A DNA stretch of 64,000 nucleotides from Candidatus Sericytochromatia bacterium (GCA_015272195.1 JACYMC010000173.1:28642-92641); one strand, 5' to 3'. Positions 9,551 through 21,374 are shown, counted from the first letter of the stretch. The notes: generated by a model not told the origin, from the sequence alone. Translations and numbers: made by a program.

Positions 9551-10579
9551 ATGTCAAAAACACTGGATGTATTGGCTATCTGCAACGTACTCAAAGATAT
9601 TGTAATCAAAGTCAGTGAAGCAGAGCTGGCGGAGCTGGGAGTCGCCAAAGGCATGATGCATCTGGTGTCTGAAGAACAGCAGCAGCAGATTCTCAACCGC
9701 TTTGAAAACCACGAAAAAACCCTTGAAATGGGTGGCTCAGGCCCCAATATGATGCGTACGCTGGCCCTGCTGGGCCAAAAAGTCAGCCAGGCCGGTATGG
9801 TCGGCGAAGATCTCAACGGCGAGCGCTACCGTCAGCGCGTGGAGCAGCTGGGTATTCTGAACAATATCCGTCAGTCGCCGCTGGGCGCGACCGGTACCTC
9901 GATCGTGCTGATCACCCCCGACGGCGACCGCACCATGAACACCTGCCTGGGTATGAGCCGCTGTTATACGGCCAAAGATATTCCTGATGCTGATATTGCC
10001 CGCTCCAGATACCTTGTGGTCACCGGTTATCAGTGGGACACCGATAATCAGATTGAGGCCATCAACCACGCCATTCGTGTGGCCCGTCAGCACAATACCC
10101 GGATTGTTTTTGATCTGGCCGATCCTTTTTGCGTCAAACGGCACCGCGAAACCTTTCTGAATATTCTCGAAGAATATGTTGATATTGTCTTTTGCAATCG
10201 CAATGAAGCCCAGATGCTGACCGAGCGCGATGTAGAGGGCAGTCTTGAAGCCCTGGCTGGCCTGGTCGATACGGTGATTCTCAAAACCGGCGCCAAAGGC
10301 TCCTGGATTCGTCAGGGCGACGAGGCCTGTTTTGTGCCCTGTAACCCCGTTGACGTGGTGGACACCACGGCGGCGGGCGACATGTATGCCGGGGGCTTTT
10401 TATACGGACTGCTGAACGGTTACAGCCTCAAAGATGCGGGCCAGATCGCTACTTTTTGTGCCGAAACCGTGATTCAGCATGTTGGTGCCCATGTGCCTGA
10501 CAATTTGCATGAACTGTTGCAGCAGCACCTCAAAAAAATGCAGATTCAGTCACCGTCTGCGCTGCTGACGCAGGCCTGA
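9551..10579 (+). CDS. PfkB-family carbohydrate/nucleoside kinase (ribokinase superfamily)
   Basis: The PfkB signature DTTAAGDMYAGGFLYGLLNG is present. A GAGG SD lies 6 nt upstream of the ATG. Confidence 0.85.
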   Translation: MSKTLDVLAICNVLKDIVIKVSEAELAELGVAKGMMHLVSEEQQQQILNRFENHEKTLEMGGSGPNMMRTLALLGQKVSQAGMVGEDLNGERYRQRVEQLGILNNIRQSPLGATGTSIVLITPDGDRTMNTCLGMSRCYTAKDIPDADIARSRYLVVTGYQWDTDNQIEAINHAIRVARQHNTRIVFDLADPFCVKRHRETFLNILEEYVDIVFCNRNEAQMLTERDVEGSLEALAGLVDTVILKTGAKGSWIRQGDEACFVPCNPVDVVDTTAAGDMYAGGFLYGLLNGYSLKDAGQIATFCAETVIQHVGAHVPDNLHELLQQHLKKMQIQSPSALLTQA

Positions 10580-10584
10580 ACGCT

Positions 10585-11220
10585 TTAAGACCTGCTGCTG
10601 CCCAGGTGTGTGTGAATACCCTGCAGCTCTGCCTGAATCTGCCCCCAGTCTTCGGCCTGAAGGGCCGCGGCTGACACCAGCCGGGTGCCCTGACCGACAG
10701 CCAGGGCGCCGGCCTGCAAATAGGCAGGAACTTCGTTCAGACCAATGCCGCCGGTCGGCAGCCATTGGATTTCCGGAAAGGGGCCGCGCAGGTGCTTCAG
10801 ATGTGCCGGGCCACCAATACTGGCCGGAAAGAGCTTCAGGGTCTGAATGCCGTGGCTCAGGGCGAGTAAGACTTCTGTGGGCGTCCAGACCCCCGGAAAA
10901 TAAGGTGTTTGGGCGTGCTGTGCCCGTCGGGCAATTTCCAGACTCAGGCCGGGTGAAACCAGAAACTGTGCGCCAGCGGCCAGCGCCCGGTCGGCGTCTG
11001 CCAGATGCTTCAGGGTGCCGGCGCCCGTGATGGCGCCCATCGCATTCAGTTGGCGGATGAGTCGCGGTGCCTCCGGGGTGTCGAGGGTGATTTCGAGCAC
11101 CTTAAAACCGCATTCAAATAAGGTTTGGGCCAGTTTGAGACAGCGCCTGGCGTTATCCAGACGCAGGATAGGCAAAATCTGTTGCTGGCCCAGGGCCTTC
11201 AGAAAATCATCTGAAACCAT
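10585..11220 (-). CDS. eda: KDPG/KHG aldolase (2-dehydro-3-deoxy-phosphogluconate aldolase)
   Basis: It aligns colinearly to Eda: VLEITLDTPEA, GAGTLKHLADADRALAAGAQFLVSPG, PGVWTPTEV, KLFPA, PTGGI. Confidence 0.88.
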   Translation of the reverse strand: MVSDDFLKALGQQQILPILRLDNARRCLKLAQTLFECGFKVLEITLDTPEAPRLIRQLNAMGAITGAGTLKHLADADRALAAGAQFLVSPGLSLEIARRAQHAQTPYFPGVWTPTEVLLALSHGIQTLKLFPASIGGPAHLKHLRGPFPEIQWLPTGGIGLNEVPAYLQAGALAVGQGTRLVSAAALQAEDWGQIQAELQGIHTHLGSSRS

Positions 11221-11222
11221 GC

Positions 11223-12437
11223 TCAGGGCATTTGCTCAGGAATCACAGCACCCTGGGCAATCCACTGACCCAGCAGCTGGCGCTCTTCAAGCGTCATGCC
11301 CGTTTTGTTGCCGAGGGGCATGGTCTGGGTGTCCACACTGCGGCTTTTGATCAGCTGGGCGTAATTTTTGATTTGCTCAGGGGTTTCAAAAATCGCACCC
11401 TGGGGAGCGGTCTTAAAGACGTCGTCCGTGGGGTTGCTGCTGTGGCAGCTCACGCAGCGGTTGTGCATAATGGTCTGTACAGTCTGAAAATCGACGGTTT
11501 CAGCAGCCATGGCATTTTGTGAATTATTGTTCTGCGCAGCAGGTGGACTGGCCGGGGCGGTATAAAAGAACAGGGCAAAAGCGCCTGCCACGGCGGCCGC
11601 AAACGAAAAGCGGCTGAAGGTGTTTTGCACGTTCATAAAGTGTCGGATGCCAGCACCCACCAGAATCATGCCGGCCAGCACCAGCCAGTTGAGATCCTGG
11701 CCATAGGTGCTGGGAAAGTGGTTGCTGATCATCATAAACAGCACGGGCAGGGTCATGTAGTTGTTATGCATGGAGCGTTGTTTGGCCTGTTTGCCCTTGT
11801 TATAATCCGGGGTTTCGCCGCGCTGCGTGGCGTCCAGCATTTGCTGCTGGGCCGGCAGAATGCGCATCCAGACATTGGCCACCATCAGGGTGCCAAACAT
11901 GGCGCCGATATGAATAAACAGAGCCCGCCCGCTCAGAATATGGCTCAGGCCGAAGGCCAGCCCGGTGGCCAGCACAAATGATACCATGGCCCCGATTTTG
12001 GCCTGGGCTGCAAAAACATATTTCCAGAGCAGGTCGTACACCAGCCAGGCCACGGGCAGCATCAGCAGGCCAATCGCCATAATGGCATGGCGGTGCAGGC
12101 TGGCTTCAGGATGAATCAGGTAAACGGCTCCGCCCATATAATAAACCACGCCGAGCAAAAAAAAGCCCGTAATCCAGGTAAAGGTGGCTTCCCACTTAAA
12201 CCAGTGCAGTTTTTCGGGAATCCAGCCCGGCTTGATCAGGTGCTTTTCAACCAGATAAAAACCGCCGCTGTGGACCATCCAAAGCTCCCCTTCGACGTCG
12301 GGCTTGTGTTCTTTGGGGGCTTCGAGCCGGTTGTCGAGCCAGACAAAGAAAAACGAGGAGCCAATCCAGGCAATGCCGGCCAGCAAATGCATCCAGCGTA
12401 GAATCAGGTTCAGCCATTCGTTCAGATGGGGGCTCAT
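11223..12437 (-). CDS. Integral membrane protein with a C-terminal mono-haem cytochrome c domain (PuuD-like putative urate hydroxylase family, DUF989-type N-terminus)
   Basis: There are ~8 predicted TM helices starting WLNLILRWMHLLAGIAWIGSSFFF. The C-terminal CVSCH is a CxxCH haem-c motif. It is separated by 2 nt from the eda stop. Confidence 0.55.
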   Translation of the reverse strand: MSPHLNEWLNLILRWMHLLAGIAWIGSSFFFVWLDNRLEAPKEHKPDVEGELWMVHSGGFYLVEKHLIKPGWIPEKLHWFKWEATFTWITGFFLLGVVYYMGGAVYLIHPEASLHRHAIMAIGLLMLPVAWLVYDLLWKYVFAAQAKIGAMVSFVLATGLAFGLSHILSGRALFIHIGAMFGTLMVANVWMRILPAQQQMLDATQRGETPDYNKGKQAKQRSMHNNYMTLPVLFMMISNHFPSTYGQDLNWLVLAGMILVGAGIRHFMNVQNTFSRFSFAAAVAGAFALFFYTAPASPPAAQNNNSQNAMAAETVDFQTVQTIMHNRCVSCHSSNPTDDVFKTAPQGAIFETPEQIKNYAQLIKSRSVDTQTMPLGNKTGMTLEERQLLGQWIAQGAVIPEQMP

Positions 12438-12736
12438 CGTGTGTCAACTCCTTGGTCCGGATGCCTTTTAAAGGGAATTATACCCAAGCCAGCGCCTTTA
12501 TGCCAGTCAGGGTGATTGCCATGATGCATATCAAGTTTTTATTTGATTGATCATAAGCGGGCTTTATGAGACGGATCAAAGACAAAGTCCGGGTGAAAGA
12601 CTATGCTGAACCTTAGAGTGCCCTTAGGTACTCTGAGGACCAAGCGAGTGCCTGTTGGTCTGTATAGACCGGCAGCAGCGTTTGTTTCGTGACAGCTCTG
12701 CGTGGAGAGGGCTTTATGCCCTCTCTTTTTTGTGTT

Positions 12737-13657
12737 TCAGCGGTTTTCACGCAGGGCTTTGAAGCGCTCGAGCAGTTCGCGTTCTTCATCTTTCAGGTTT
12801 TTAGAGATTTTGATTTCCAGAGTCGCCAGAATATCGCCGCGCAGATCCGGGTTTTTCAGATCGGGCAGGCCCTGGCCACGAATGCGGAAGGTCTGTCCTG
12901 CCTGGCTGCCGGGTGGGATTTTCATCTGTACATTGCCGCTGAGGGTCGGCACGGTTTTGGTGCAGCCCAGCAAAGCTTCATACTCCATCACGCTCAGACT
13001 GCAGCGCAGGCTGTTGCCGTCTACGCTGAAAACCGGGTGTGGCTTGATGCGAATCAGCAGCTGCAGATTGCCGCTGCTGACACGCACTTTGGAGCCATCT
13101 TTGACGCCGGGTGGAATTTTGACCTCAATGGTTTTCAGGGTTTCCTCGCGAATCTGAATGCGGCGTTTGGTCCCTTTGAGGGCTTCTTCCAGGGTGATTT
13201 CAGCGCTGTACTGAATTTCCTGGGGAGCCTGACGCTGCTGGCGAAAATGTCCCCCAAATCCGCCACCTGAATCGTGGGTGTGAGGACCGCGCTGATCCCA
13301 GAAGGCGTTGGCCTGCTCACCAAAAAAGGTTTCAAAGAAGTCCGAAAAATTCAGATCAAAAATGCGCGAGCCGGATTCGCCCCGGCTGTGATGACGGCTC
13401 TGACCGCCAAAGATATCACCCAGATCGCTGTACTGCTGCCAGTTGGCGCCCAGCTGATCGTAGCGACTGCGTTTGTCTTTGTCACTCAGCACTTCATAAG
13501 CTTCGTTGATTTCTTTGAAGCGCTTTTCGGCCACCGGATCATTGGGGTGGGTGTCCGGGTGATAATCCTTGGCCAGCTTGCGGTAGGCCTTGCGAATCTC
13601 CTGCTCAGAGGCGTCTTTATTGACGCCCAGGCTGGCATAATAATCGGTGTATTTCAT
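12737..13657 (-). CDS. CbpA-like DnaJ-class co-chaperone (J domain plus DnaJ C-terminal domains, no zinc-finger region)
   Basis: The J domain reads KYTDYYASLGV...IRKAYRKLAKDYHPD. A Gly-rich linker follows, then two C-terminal beta domains. No CxxCxGxG repeats are present. The start is chosen at MKYTDYY (ATG 13657); the ORF is open to 13696. Confidence 0.8.
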   Translation of the reverse strand: MKYTDYYASLGVNKDASEQEIRKAYRKLAKDYHPDTHPNDPVAEKRFKEINEAYEVLSDKDKRSRYDQLGANWQQYSDLGDIFGGQSRHHSRGESGSRIFDLNFSDFFETFFGEQANAFWDQRGPHTHDSGGGFGGHFRQQRQAPQEIQYSAEITLEEALKGTKRRIQIREETLKTIEVKIPPGVKDGSKVRVSSGNLQLLIRIKPHPVFSVDGNSLRCSLSVMEYEALLGCTKTVPTLSGNVQMKIPPGSQAGQTFRIRGQGLPDLKNPDLRGDILATLEIKISKNLKDEERELLERFKALRENR

Positions 13658-13881
13658 TTGAGCGCACATTTTTCCGCCTGTGCCACTGCCGGGCATTTGG
13701 TGTCAAAGCGATCGAGCCGCATACTGCAGCCACCCATGGCCTGCAGGTCACAGCGCAGCAACTGCTGTGCGGTGATTTTGCTGCCGAGCAGTTTTTTTTC
13801 TTCTTCACTCTGAACGTCAAGTGAAACCTTCTTTTTGACATGCGAACATTTGTAGATCACTTTTCTGACTTTGCTGGCCAT
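13654..13881 (-). CDS. Small basic Cys-containing ORF (75 aa), hypothetical
   Basis: Its stop TGA overlaps the cbpA-like start (ATGA at 13654-13657). It has a Lys-rich N-terminus and 5 Cys. It fills the 300 bp gap upstream of the chaperone gene. No family was recognised. Confidence 0.3.
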   Translation of the reverse strand: MASKVRKVIYKCSHVKKKVSLDVQSEEEKKLLGSKITAQQLLRCDLQAMGGCSMRLDRFDTKCPAVAQAEKCALK

Positions 13882-13966
13882 GTCTCAACCTCTGTGTCAT
13901 TCGGTTGATTTTATTGTAAAGAAATACGAAGTGCTCCCGCAAGCGCTTGCTGTGCAATTTTGTTTC

Positions 13967-15013
13967 TCAGGGGCGCAACAGAGCTTCCCGGATAAAGTTA
14001 TAGCTGCGCTGACTGAACATAATGGTCAGATGACCGGTCCAGGGGACGGCGTGTACCGTGGCGCCAGGCATGATCGCGTTACTGGGCGGAATCACAATTT
14101 CATCGGTATTGGACCAGATGGCCGTATAGCGTACCGGTGGGTAGATATAGCCCCTGGCGTTCAGCTTTTCGAGAAAGTCTGAACCCGGTCGCAGCTGGAC
14201 AGCACTTTCTCCGGGTCCGAGGTAAGCCGTGTAGGTGCCGTGGTGGGGGGTGGCAATGGTGACCAGATTGCGCACCTGGTGCTGGCCGCCCAGTTCCTGA
14301 ATATAATAGCGACTGATCAGACCGCCAAAGCTGTGCACCACCAGCTCGATCTTATCGGTGCCATAGCGCTGCAGCATCTCTTCAACTTTGGTTTTGACCT
14401 TGCGGGCCTGTTCCTCAGCCGGGGCAAAGTTCGGGAAGAGGTTAAGGCCTTCGACAGCCCAGCCAGCCTGTTTGAGTTCACGGTAAATACCGTACATAAA
14501 ATACCAGCTGGGCTCGGCATAACCTGGCACCAGCAGTACCGGGTAAGTCTGGCGACGGGCTGCTGGATTCTCAGGCTTGTCAGTCAGGCTCTCGCGAAAG
14601 CGCTGAATTTCTGCCGGGGTCGGCATATTGACCAGCGGATCCGCGTCACCACGTACAGTCTGGGGGCTGCGAGTCAGCAGATCCACCATCAGACTGAAGT
14701 AACGGGCTTCAGGCAGGGCCTCTGCCGGGCTCAGTGCGCCGTCGCGGTTGCGGTCCAGCTGTGCCAGTCCGCGGGGGGCGTGGGCGATTTCGCTGGCCTC
14801 AATCTGGCCGCTCTGGTTGGGGTCATGTTCGGCAAACACGTCCTGGTAAGCGGCACGGAAGGTAGGCTCCCAGAGCTGAGCCTGCTGGCTGCTCTGGGCG
14901 CGCTGGAGGGAGGGAGGTCGCGTACCCGCAGGCAGATAAGGCCTCTGGCAAGCACTCAGAAGCAGCAGCAGGGCGATGAAAAAAAGACCAGAACGTCGCA
15001 GAAGCATAGACAA
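13967..15013 (-). CDS. Secreted lipoprotein lipase/esterase (alpha/beta hydrolase) with two N-terminal EF-hand calcium-binding loops
   Basis: The lipobox is LLLSAC. Canonical EF-hand loops are DPNQSGQIEASE and DRNRDGALSPAE. The lipase pentapeptide VHSFGG is present. Confidence 0.7.
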   Translation of the reverse strand: MSMLLRRSGLFFIALLLLLSACQRPYLPAGTRPPSLQRAQSSQQAQLWEPTFRAAYQDVFAEHDPNQSGQIEASEIAHAPRGLAQLDRNRDGALSPAEALPEARYFSLMVDLLTRSPQTVRGDADPLVNMPTPAEIQRFRESLTDKPENPAARRQTYPVLLVPGYAEPSWYFMYGIYRELKQAGWAVEGLNLFPNFAPAEEQARKVKTKVEEMLQRYGTDKIELVVHSFGGLISRYYIQELGGQHQVRNLVTIATPHHGTYTAYLGPGESAVQLRPGSDFLEKLNARGYIYPPVRYTAIWSNTDEIVIPPSNAIMPGATVHAVPWTGHLTIMFSQRSYNFIREALLRP

Positions 15014-15088
15014 AACACCAGATCGTTGCTTTTAATCATATTTTAACAGCTGAAGTAGCTAAAGCAAAGTTTAATTAAGCATTAAACA

Positions 15089-15958
15089 TCAGTCAGCCTG
15101 CCGGCTGCCAAGCATCACCCCGGCGACAATCAGGCCCATACCCAGCAAGGCCAGCAGGCTGATTTGCTCGCCAAAAACCAGCCAGCCCAGCAGCAGGGCG
15201 TAGATTAAGCCGGTATAGTTGAGGCCGGCCACCAGCGCCAGCCGTTTGTTGCCCTGATAGGCCCAGGTCATCAGGACCTGGGCGCTATAAGTGCTCAGTC
15301 CCAGCAGGCCAATCCAGAGCCAGTCCAGCCCTATGGGCCAGACCCAGTTCAGCAGGGTATAAGGTCCCAGCAGCACCAGGCTGAAACTGGCAAACCACAG
15401 GATCACCTGATTGGGGGCGGCCCGGCCGCGCAGCTTGCGCACATACGTGTACGAAAAACCAGAGCAGGCGGCGGCAAAAATACCCACACCCAGCGCAAAG
15501 CCACTGATTTGGCCGTTGAAACCTCTGATCAGCAGGACGCCGCTGAAAGAAATCCCAAAAAACAGCCACTGCCGGGCACGCACGGGCTCGCTCAGCAAAA
15601 ACAAAGCCACCAGACTGGCAAAAATGGGGTTCAGATACTGCAGAGATACGGCTGAGGCCAGCGGCATGGCCTTGAGCGTATAAAAATAAGCAATCAGGCC
15701 GAGTGTGCCAAAAAAAGCACGCAAAAAAAGATCTTTCTGAATACTTTGATCCAGCTTTCTGACGGGCAGCTTGTGTAGACCGGGCAGACACAGCAAAGCC
15801 AGGCCCAGTGAGCGGAAAAAGACCACTTCATGGTTGGGCAGGCCGGGTAAAAGTTTGACGCAGAGATTCATCAGGGCAAAACAAAAAGCCGAAAGCAGCA
15901 TGGCCAGAAGGGGACGCTGTTGCACCCAGTACAGACCTGAAATAACAGATTGGCGCAT
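15089..15958 (-). CDS. EamA/DMT-superfamily permease (10 TM)
   Basis: The protein is ten hydrophobic segments arranged as two EamA-like halves. Confidence 0.7.
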   Translation of the reverse strand: MRQSVISGLYWVQQRPLLAMLLSAFCFALMNLCVKLLPGLPNHEVVFFRSLGLALLCLPGLHKLPVRKLDQSIQKDLFLRAFFGTLGLIAYFYTLKAMPLASAVSLQYLNPIFASLVALFLLSEPVRARQWLFFGISFSGVLLIRGFNGQISGFALGVGIFAAACSGFSYTYVRKLRGRAAPNQVILWFASFSLVLLGPYTLLNWVWPIGLDWLWIGLLGLSTYSAQVLMTWAYQGNKRLALVAGLNYTGLIYALLLGWLVFGEQISLLALLGMGLIVAGVMLGSRQAD

Positions 15959-16270
15959 AATGCTTTGCAGGTTATCACAGTTTTTGCGTTCCTGAGCTGC
16001 TAAAATAGAGCGTCGGGTTTGCTGGCAAGTTTAAAAGCTGTATCAAAGATGAGTCTTCAGGCAGTTTTTTCTGACGCTTTCTGATGCAGATCAATGTTTT
16101 TTGGCTTTATACACGCTTCAATACAGAAGCATCAAAGCTTGGTCAGCAGAGACAATACAAACAAGCTAGCCAGTGCTGATCCCGGCTTCCATTTTGGAAA
16201 TGCTAACGATAGTTTAAATTCGTGATATGGTGTAATTACCTAGAAAACTAATTGAATACGGGAAATCTTT

Positions 16271-17011
16271 ATGCAACAAGCAGACAAACAAATGTCCAGG
16301 CCAGGGGTGTTAAGCGCGGTTTTGTCCATCTTTAATACCTCTGTTGGACGTAAGGTGATTACCGGCCTGACCGGATTGGGACTGGTGGTATTTATTCTGG
16401 GGCATCTTGCAGGCAATCTGTCGCTCTTTATCGGTGCGGAAGCCTTCAATGCCTACGCACACAAGCTCGAAAGCCTGGGGCCCTTGCTCTACGTGATAGA
16501 AATTGGTCTGCTGGCTGTGTTTGTGTTTCATATTGTCTATGCCATTGCGGTCACCAGTCAAAACAAAGCCGCTCGTAAAGCAGGTTATGTTCAACATGGT
16601 GATGCAGGCAAACCCAGTCAAAAAAATCTCTCTTCACAGACCATGATTTACACCGGTCTGATTCTGGCTGTTTTTATTGTGGTGCACGTGGTGATGTTTA
16701 AGTTTGGTCCCGGTATGGGTTCAGGCTACGCCTATGAGCTTCACGGTGAGCAGGTGCGCGATCTGCACCGCCTGGTGGTAGAGAGCTTTAAAAATATCTG
16801 GATCGTGCTGGGCTATTGTGCGGTGATGCTGCTGATGGGTGTGCATATCCGTCATGGTTTCTGGAGCGCTTTTCAGTCTCTGGGCGCCTACCATCCCCGC
16901 TATACCCGCCTGATTCAGAGTGCAGGGGTTCTGCTTGCCGCCGCCCTGGCCCTGGGCTTCTTTGTTTTGCCCATCTACATCTATCTCTTTGTTGAGCTGC
17001 CGACAGTCTAG
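16271..17011 (+). CDS. sdhC: Succinate dehydrogenase/fumarate reductase di-haem cytochrome b subunit (type B, b558 family)
   Basis: It has 5 TM helices with conserved His (GHLAGNLSLF, VFHIVYA, MGVHIRHGFWS). It is the first gene of the sdhCAB order. Confidence 0.85.
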   Translation: MQQADKQMSRPGVLSAVLSIFNTSVGRKVITGLTGLGLVVFILGHLAGNLSLFIGAEAFNAYAHKLESLGPLLYVIEIGLLAVFVFHIVYAIAVTSQNKAARKAGYVQHGDAGKPSQKNLSSQTMIYTGLILAVFIVVHVVMFKFGPGMGSGYAYELHGEQVRDLHRLVVESFKNIWIVLGYCAVMLLMGVHIRHGFWSAFQSLGAYHPRYTRLIQSAGVLLAAALALGFFVLPIYIYLFVELPTV

Positions 17012-17031
17012 CCAGAAAGGTCAATTAAACT

Positions 17032-19011
<1,980 letters not shown>

Positions 19012-19022
19012 GGAGAATATTT

Positions 19023-19790
19023 ATGTCGAATCTGAATTTGACACTCAAAATCTGGCGTCAGCCTTCGCCCGATGCCCCGGGTGCCATGCACACCTACAAA
19101 GTCGATAATATTTCGACCCACATGTCTTTTCTTGAAATGCTGGACGTGCTGAACGAGCGTCTCGTCAAAGAAGGCAAAGAGCCGGTTGAATTTGACTATG
19201 ACTGCCGCGAAGGCATCTGTGGCACCTGTGGTCTGGTCATCAACGGCGTGGCCCACGGCCCGCGTAAACTGACCGCTACCTGTCAGCTGCATATGCGTGA
19301 GTTCAAAGATGGTGATGTTATTACCATTGAACCCTGGCGTGCCAATGCTTTCCCCGTGATCAAAGACCTGGTGGTGGATCGGGGGGCTTTTGACCGCATT
19401 GTGGCCAAAGGTGGCTATACTTCCGTCAACACGGGCAATGCCCGTGATGCCAACGAGATCCCGATCGGCAAAGAAGACGCCGACAAAGCCTTTGACGCGG
19501 CGGCTTGTATTGGTTGCGCGGCCTGTGTGGCTGCCTGCCCCAATGCCTCGGCCTCTCTGTTTGTGAGTGCCAAAGTGGCCCAGTACGCGCATCTGCCTCA
19601 GGGTCACCCTGAGCGTGAGCGCCGGGTGCTCAAAATGGTACAGCAGATGGATGCTGAAGGCTTTGGCAACTGCTCCAATCACGGCGAGTGTGAAGCGGTC
19701 TGTCCCAAAGGCATTTCGATTTCAAACATTGCTCTGATGCGACGTGAATATATGAAAGCCGCTCTGAAAACCGGCGCGGCGGTTGTTTAA
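19023..19790 (+). CDS. sdhB: Succinate dehydrogenase/fumarate reductase iron-sulfur subunit
   Basis: Three Cys clusters are present: 2Fe-2[24 protein letters not shown] and [14 protein letters not shown]. Confidence 0.92.
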   Translation: MSNLNLTLKIWRQPSPDAPGAMHTYKVDNISTHMSFLEMLDVLNERLVKEGKEPVEFDYDCREGICGTCGLVINGVAHGPRKLTATCQLHMREFKDGDVITIEPWRANAFPVIKDLVVDRGAFDRIVAKGGYTSVNTGNARDANEIPIGKEDADKAFDAAACIGCAACVAACPNASASLFVSAKVAQYAHLPQGHPERERRVLKMVQQMDAEGFGNCSNHGECEAVCPKGISISNIALMRREYMKAALKTGAAVV

Positions 19791-19799
19791 ATCTGGATC

Positions 19800-19853
19800 G
19801 GTTCCTTCAGGCATGTTATGATGCCTGCATCATTGATTTCTGAAGGAACCCAG
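19800..19853. promoter_or_regulatory. Nested inverted repeat (11 bp arms GGTTCCTTCAG/CTGAAGGAACC, with inner 7 bp ATGATGC/GCATCAT) between sdhB and malQ
   Basis: Read directly from the sequence. No U-tract follows, so it is not a canonical intrinsic terminator. It covers the malQ ribosome-binding region. Confidence 0.4.
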
Positions 19854-19856
19854 CCT

Positions 19857-21359
19857 ATGTTTCCACGCGCCAGCGGTATTCTGATGCACCCCACTTCTCT
19901 CCCCGGTCCTTATGGTATAGGCGACCTGGGAGAGTATGCTTATGACTTTATTGTCTTTCTGGCGGCCACGGGCCAGAAGCTCTGGCAGGTGATGCCTCTC
20001 GGCCCCACGGGCTATGGCGATTCTCCTTACGCCTGCCTGTCAGCCTTTGCCGGTAATCCGCTGCTGATCAGTCCCGAAAAACTGGTGGAAGCAGGCGACC
20101 TGCCCCGTCATGCTGAATCGTTGCAGAACTATCCCCAGTTGCCTGCCGATCAGGTGGATTTTGAGCAGGTCGCTGCGGCTAAAAAGGCTGGTTTTGAAGA
20201 AACCTATGCCTTTTTTAAAGCCCATGGCCGCAGCGTGGAGCAAAAGCGCTTTATGAATTTCTGCGACTGCGCCCAGAATGAAAGCTGGCTGCACAATTAT
20301 GCCTTGTTTGCGGCTCTCAAAGAGGCCCATGCAGGCGAGCCCTGGACCAAATGGGAGGCCGGCCTGGTGCAGCGCGATCCGGCAACCCTGGCAAAGTATG
20401 AGCAGGCCCTCAGTGACCGCATTGACTACCACAAATACCTGCAGTACCAGTTCCACAAACAGTGGAACGCTCTGCGCAGTTTTGCCCGCCTGAATGGGGT
20501 ACAGATCATTGGCGATATGCCGATTTTCCTGGCGCACGACAGCGCCGATGTCTGGGCTTACCAGCCCCTGTTTCATCTGGATGAAAGTGGCCAGCCCCTG
20601 GTGGTGGCGGGCGTGCCGCCAGACTACTTTTCGGCCACCGGTCAGCTCTGGGGCAACCCCTTGTATAACTGGGAGGCCATGGCCAAAAATGACTATGCCT
20701 GGTGGGCTGAACGCTTTCGCGTGATGCTGACCCTGGTGGACATTGTGCGTCTGGACCATTTCAGGGGCTTTGAAGCTTACTGGGAAGTCCCCGCTGGCGA
20801 GGAAACCGCCATCAACGGCAAATGGGTGCCCGGTCCGGCCCAGGCCTTTTTTGCTGCGATGCAAAAAGCGCTGGGCCATCTGCCCTTTATTGCCGAGGAT
20901 CTGGGCGTGATTACGCCGCCGGTTGAGGCCCTGCGGGATGGTTTTGGCTTTCCGGGCATGAAGGTGCTGCAGTTTGCTTTTGACGATACCTCAGCCAATG
21001 CATTTTTGCCGCACCAGCACGTTAAAAACGCCGTGGTGTATACCGGCACCCACGACAACCAGACCACGGTCAGCTGGTTTGAAAGCCGCAGTGCTGATGT
21101 GCAGCAGTTTGTGCTCAATTATCTGGGCAGTCACAACAGCAATTACATTCACTGGCAGCTGATTCGCCTGGCTCTGTCTTCGGTGGCCAATACGGTGCTG
21201 ATCCCGATGCAGGATCTGCTTGGCCTGCGCGACGAGATTGGACGCATGAACACACCGGGTAAGGCTGAAGGCAACTGGAGCTGGCGTTTGCGTGACGAGG
21301 ATATTTCGCTTGAAATCATTGAGTCGCTCAAGCACTGGACCCAGCTGTATCAGCGCTAG
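19857..21359 (+). CDS. malQ: 4-alpha-glucanotransferase (amylomaltase, GH77)
   Basis: The N-terminal MFPRASGILMHPTSLPGPYGIGDLG and GH77 motifs are present throughout. The start is taken at ATG 19857 (the ORF is open to 19818). Confidence 0.9.
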   Translation: MFPRASGILMHPTSLPGPYGIGDLGEYAYDFIVFLAATGQKLWQVMPLGPTGYGDSPYACLSAFAGNPLLISPEKLVEAGDLPRHAESLQNYPQLPADQVDFEQVAAAKKAGFEETYAFFKAHGRSVEQKRFMNFCDCAQNESWLHNYALFAALKEAHAGEPWTKWEAGLVQRDPATLAKYEQALSDRIDYHKYLQYQFHKQWNALRSFARLNGVQIIGDMPIFLAHDSADVWAYQPLFHLDESGQPLVVAGVPPDYFSATGQLWGNPLYNWEAMAKNDYAWWAERFRVMLTLVDIVRLDHFRGFEAYWEVPAGEETAINGKWVPGPAQAFFAAMQKALGHLPFIAEDLGVITPPVEALRDGFGFPGMKVLQFAFDDTSANAFLPHQHVKNAVVYTGTHDNQTTVSWFESRSADVQQFVLNYLGSHNSNYIHWQLIRLALSSVANTVLIPMQDLLGLRDEIGRMNTPGKAEGNWSWRLRDEDISLEIIESLKHWTQLYQR

Positions 21360-21374
21360 CGGCGTTTTTGCCTG

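Noticed and set aside
12655-12675. GGTCTGTATAGACC near-palindrome in the 300 bp gap upstream of the PuuD-like gene
   Set aside because: It has only 5 bp perfect arms with mismatched centre positions. That is too weak to call an operator without comparative support.
19800-19853. The inverted repeat after sdhB as an intrinsic terminator
   Set aside because: The stem is followed by cagcctatg rather than a U-tract. It is retained only as a possible regulatory structure.
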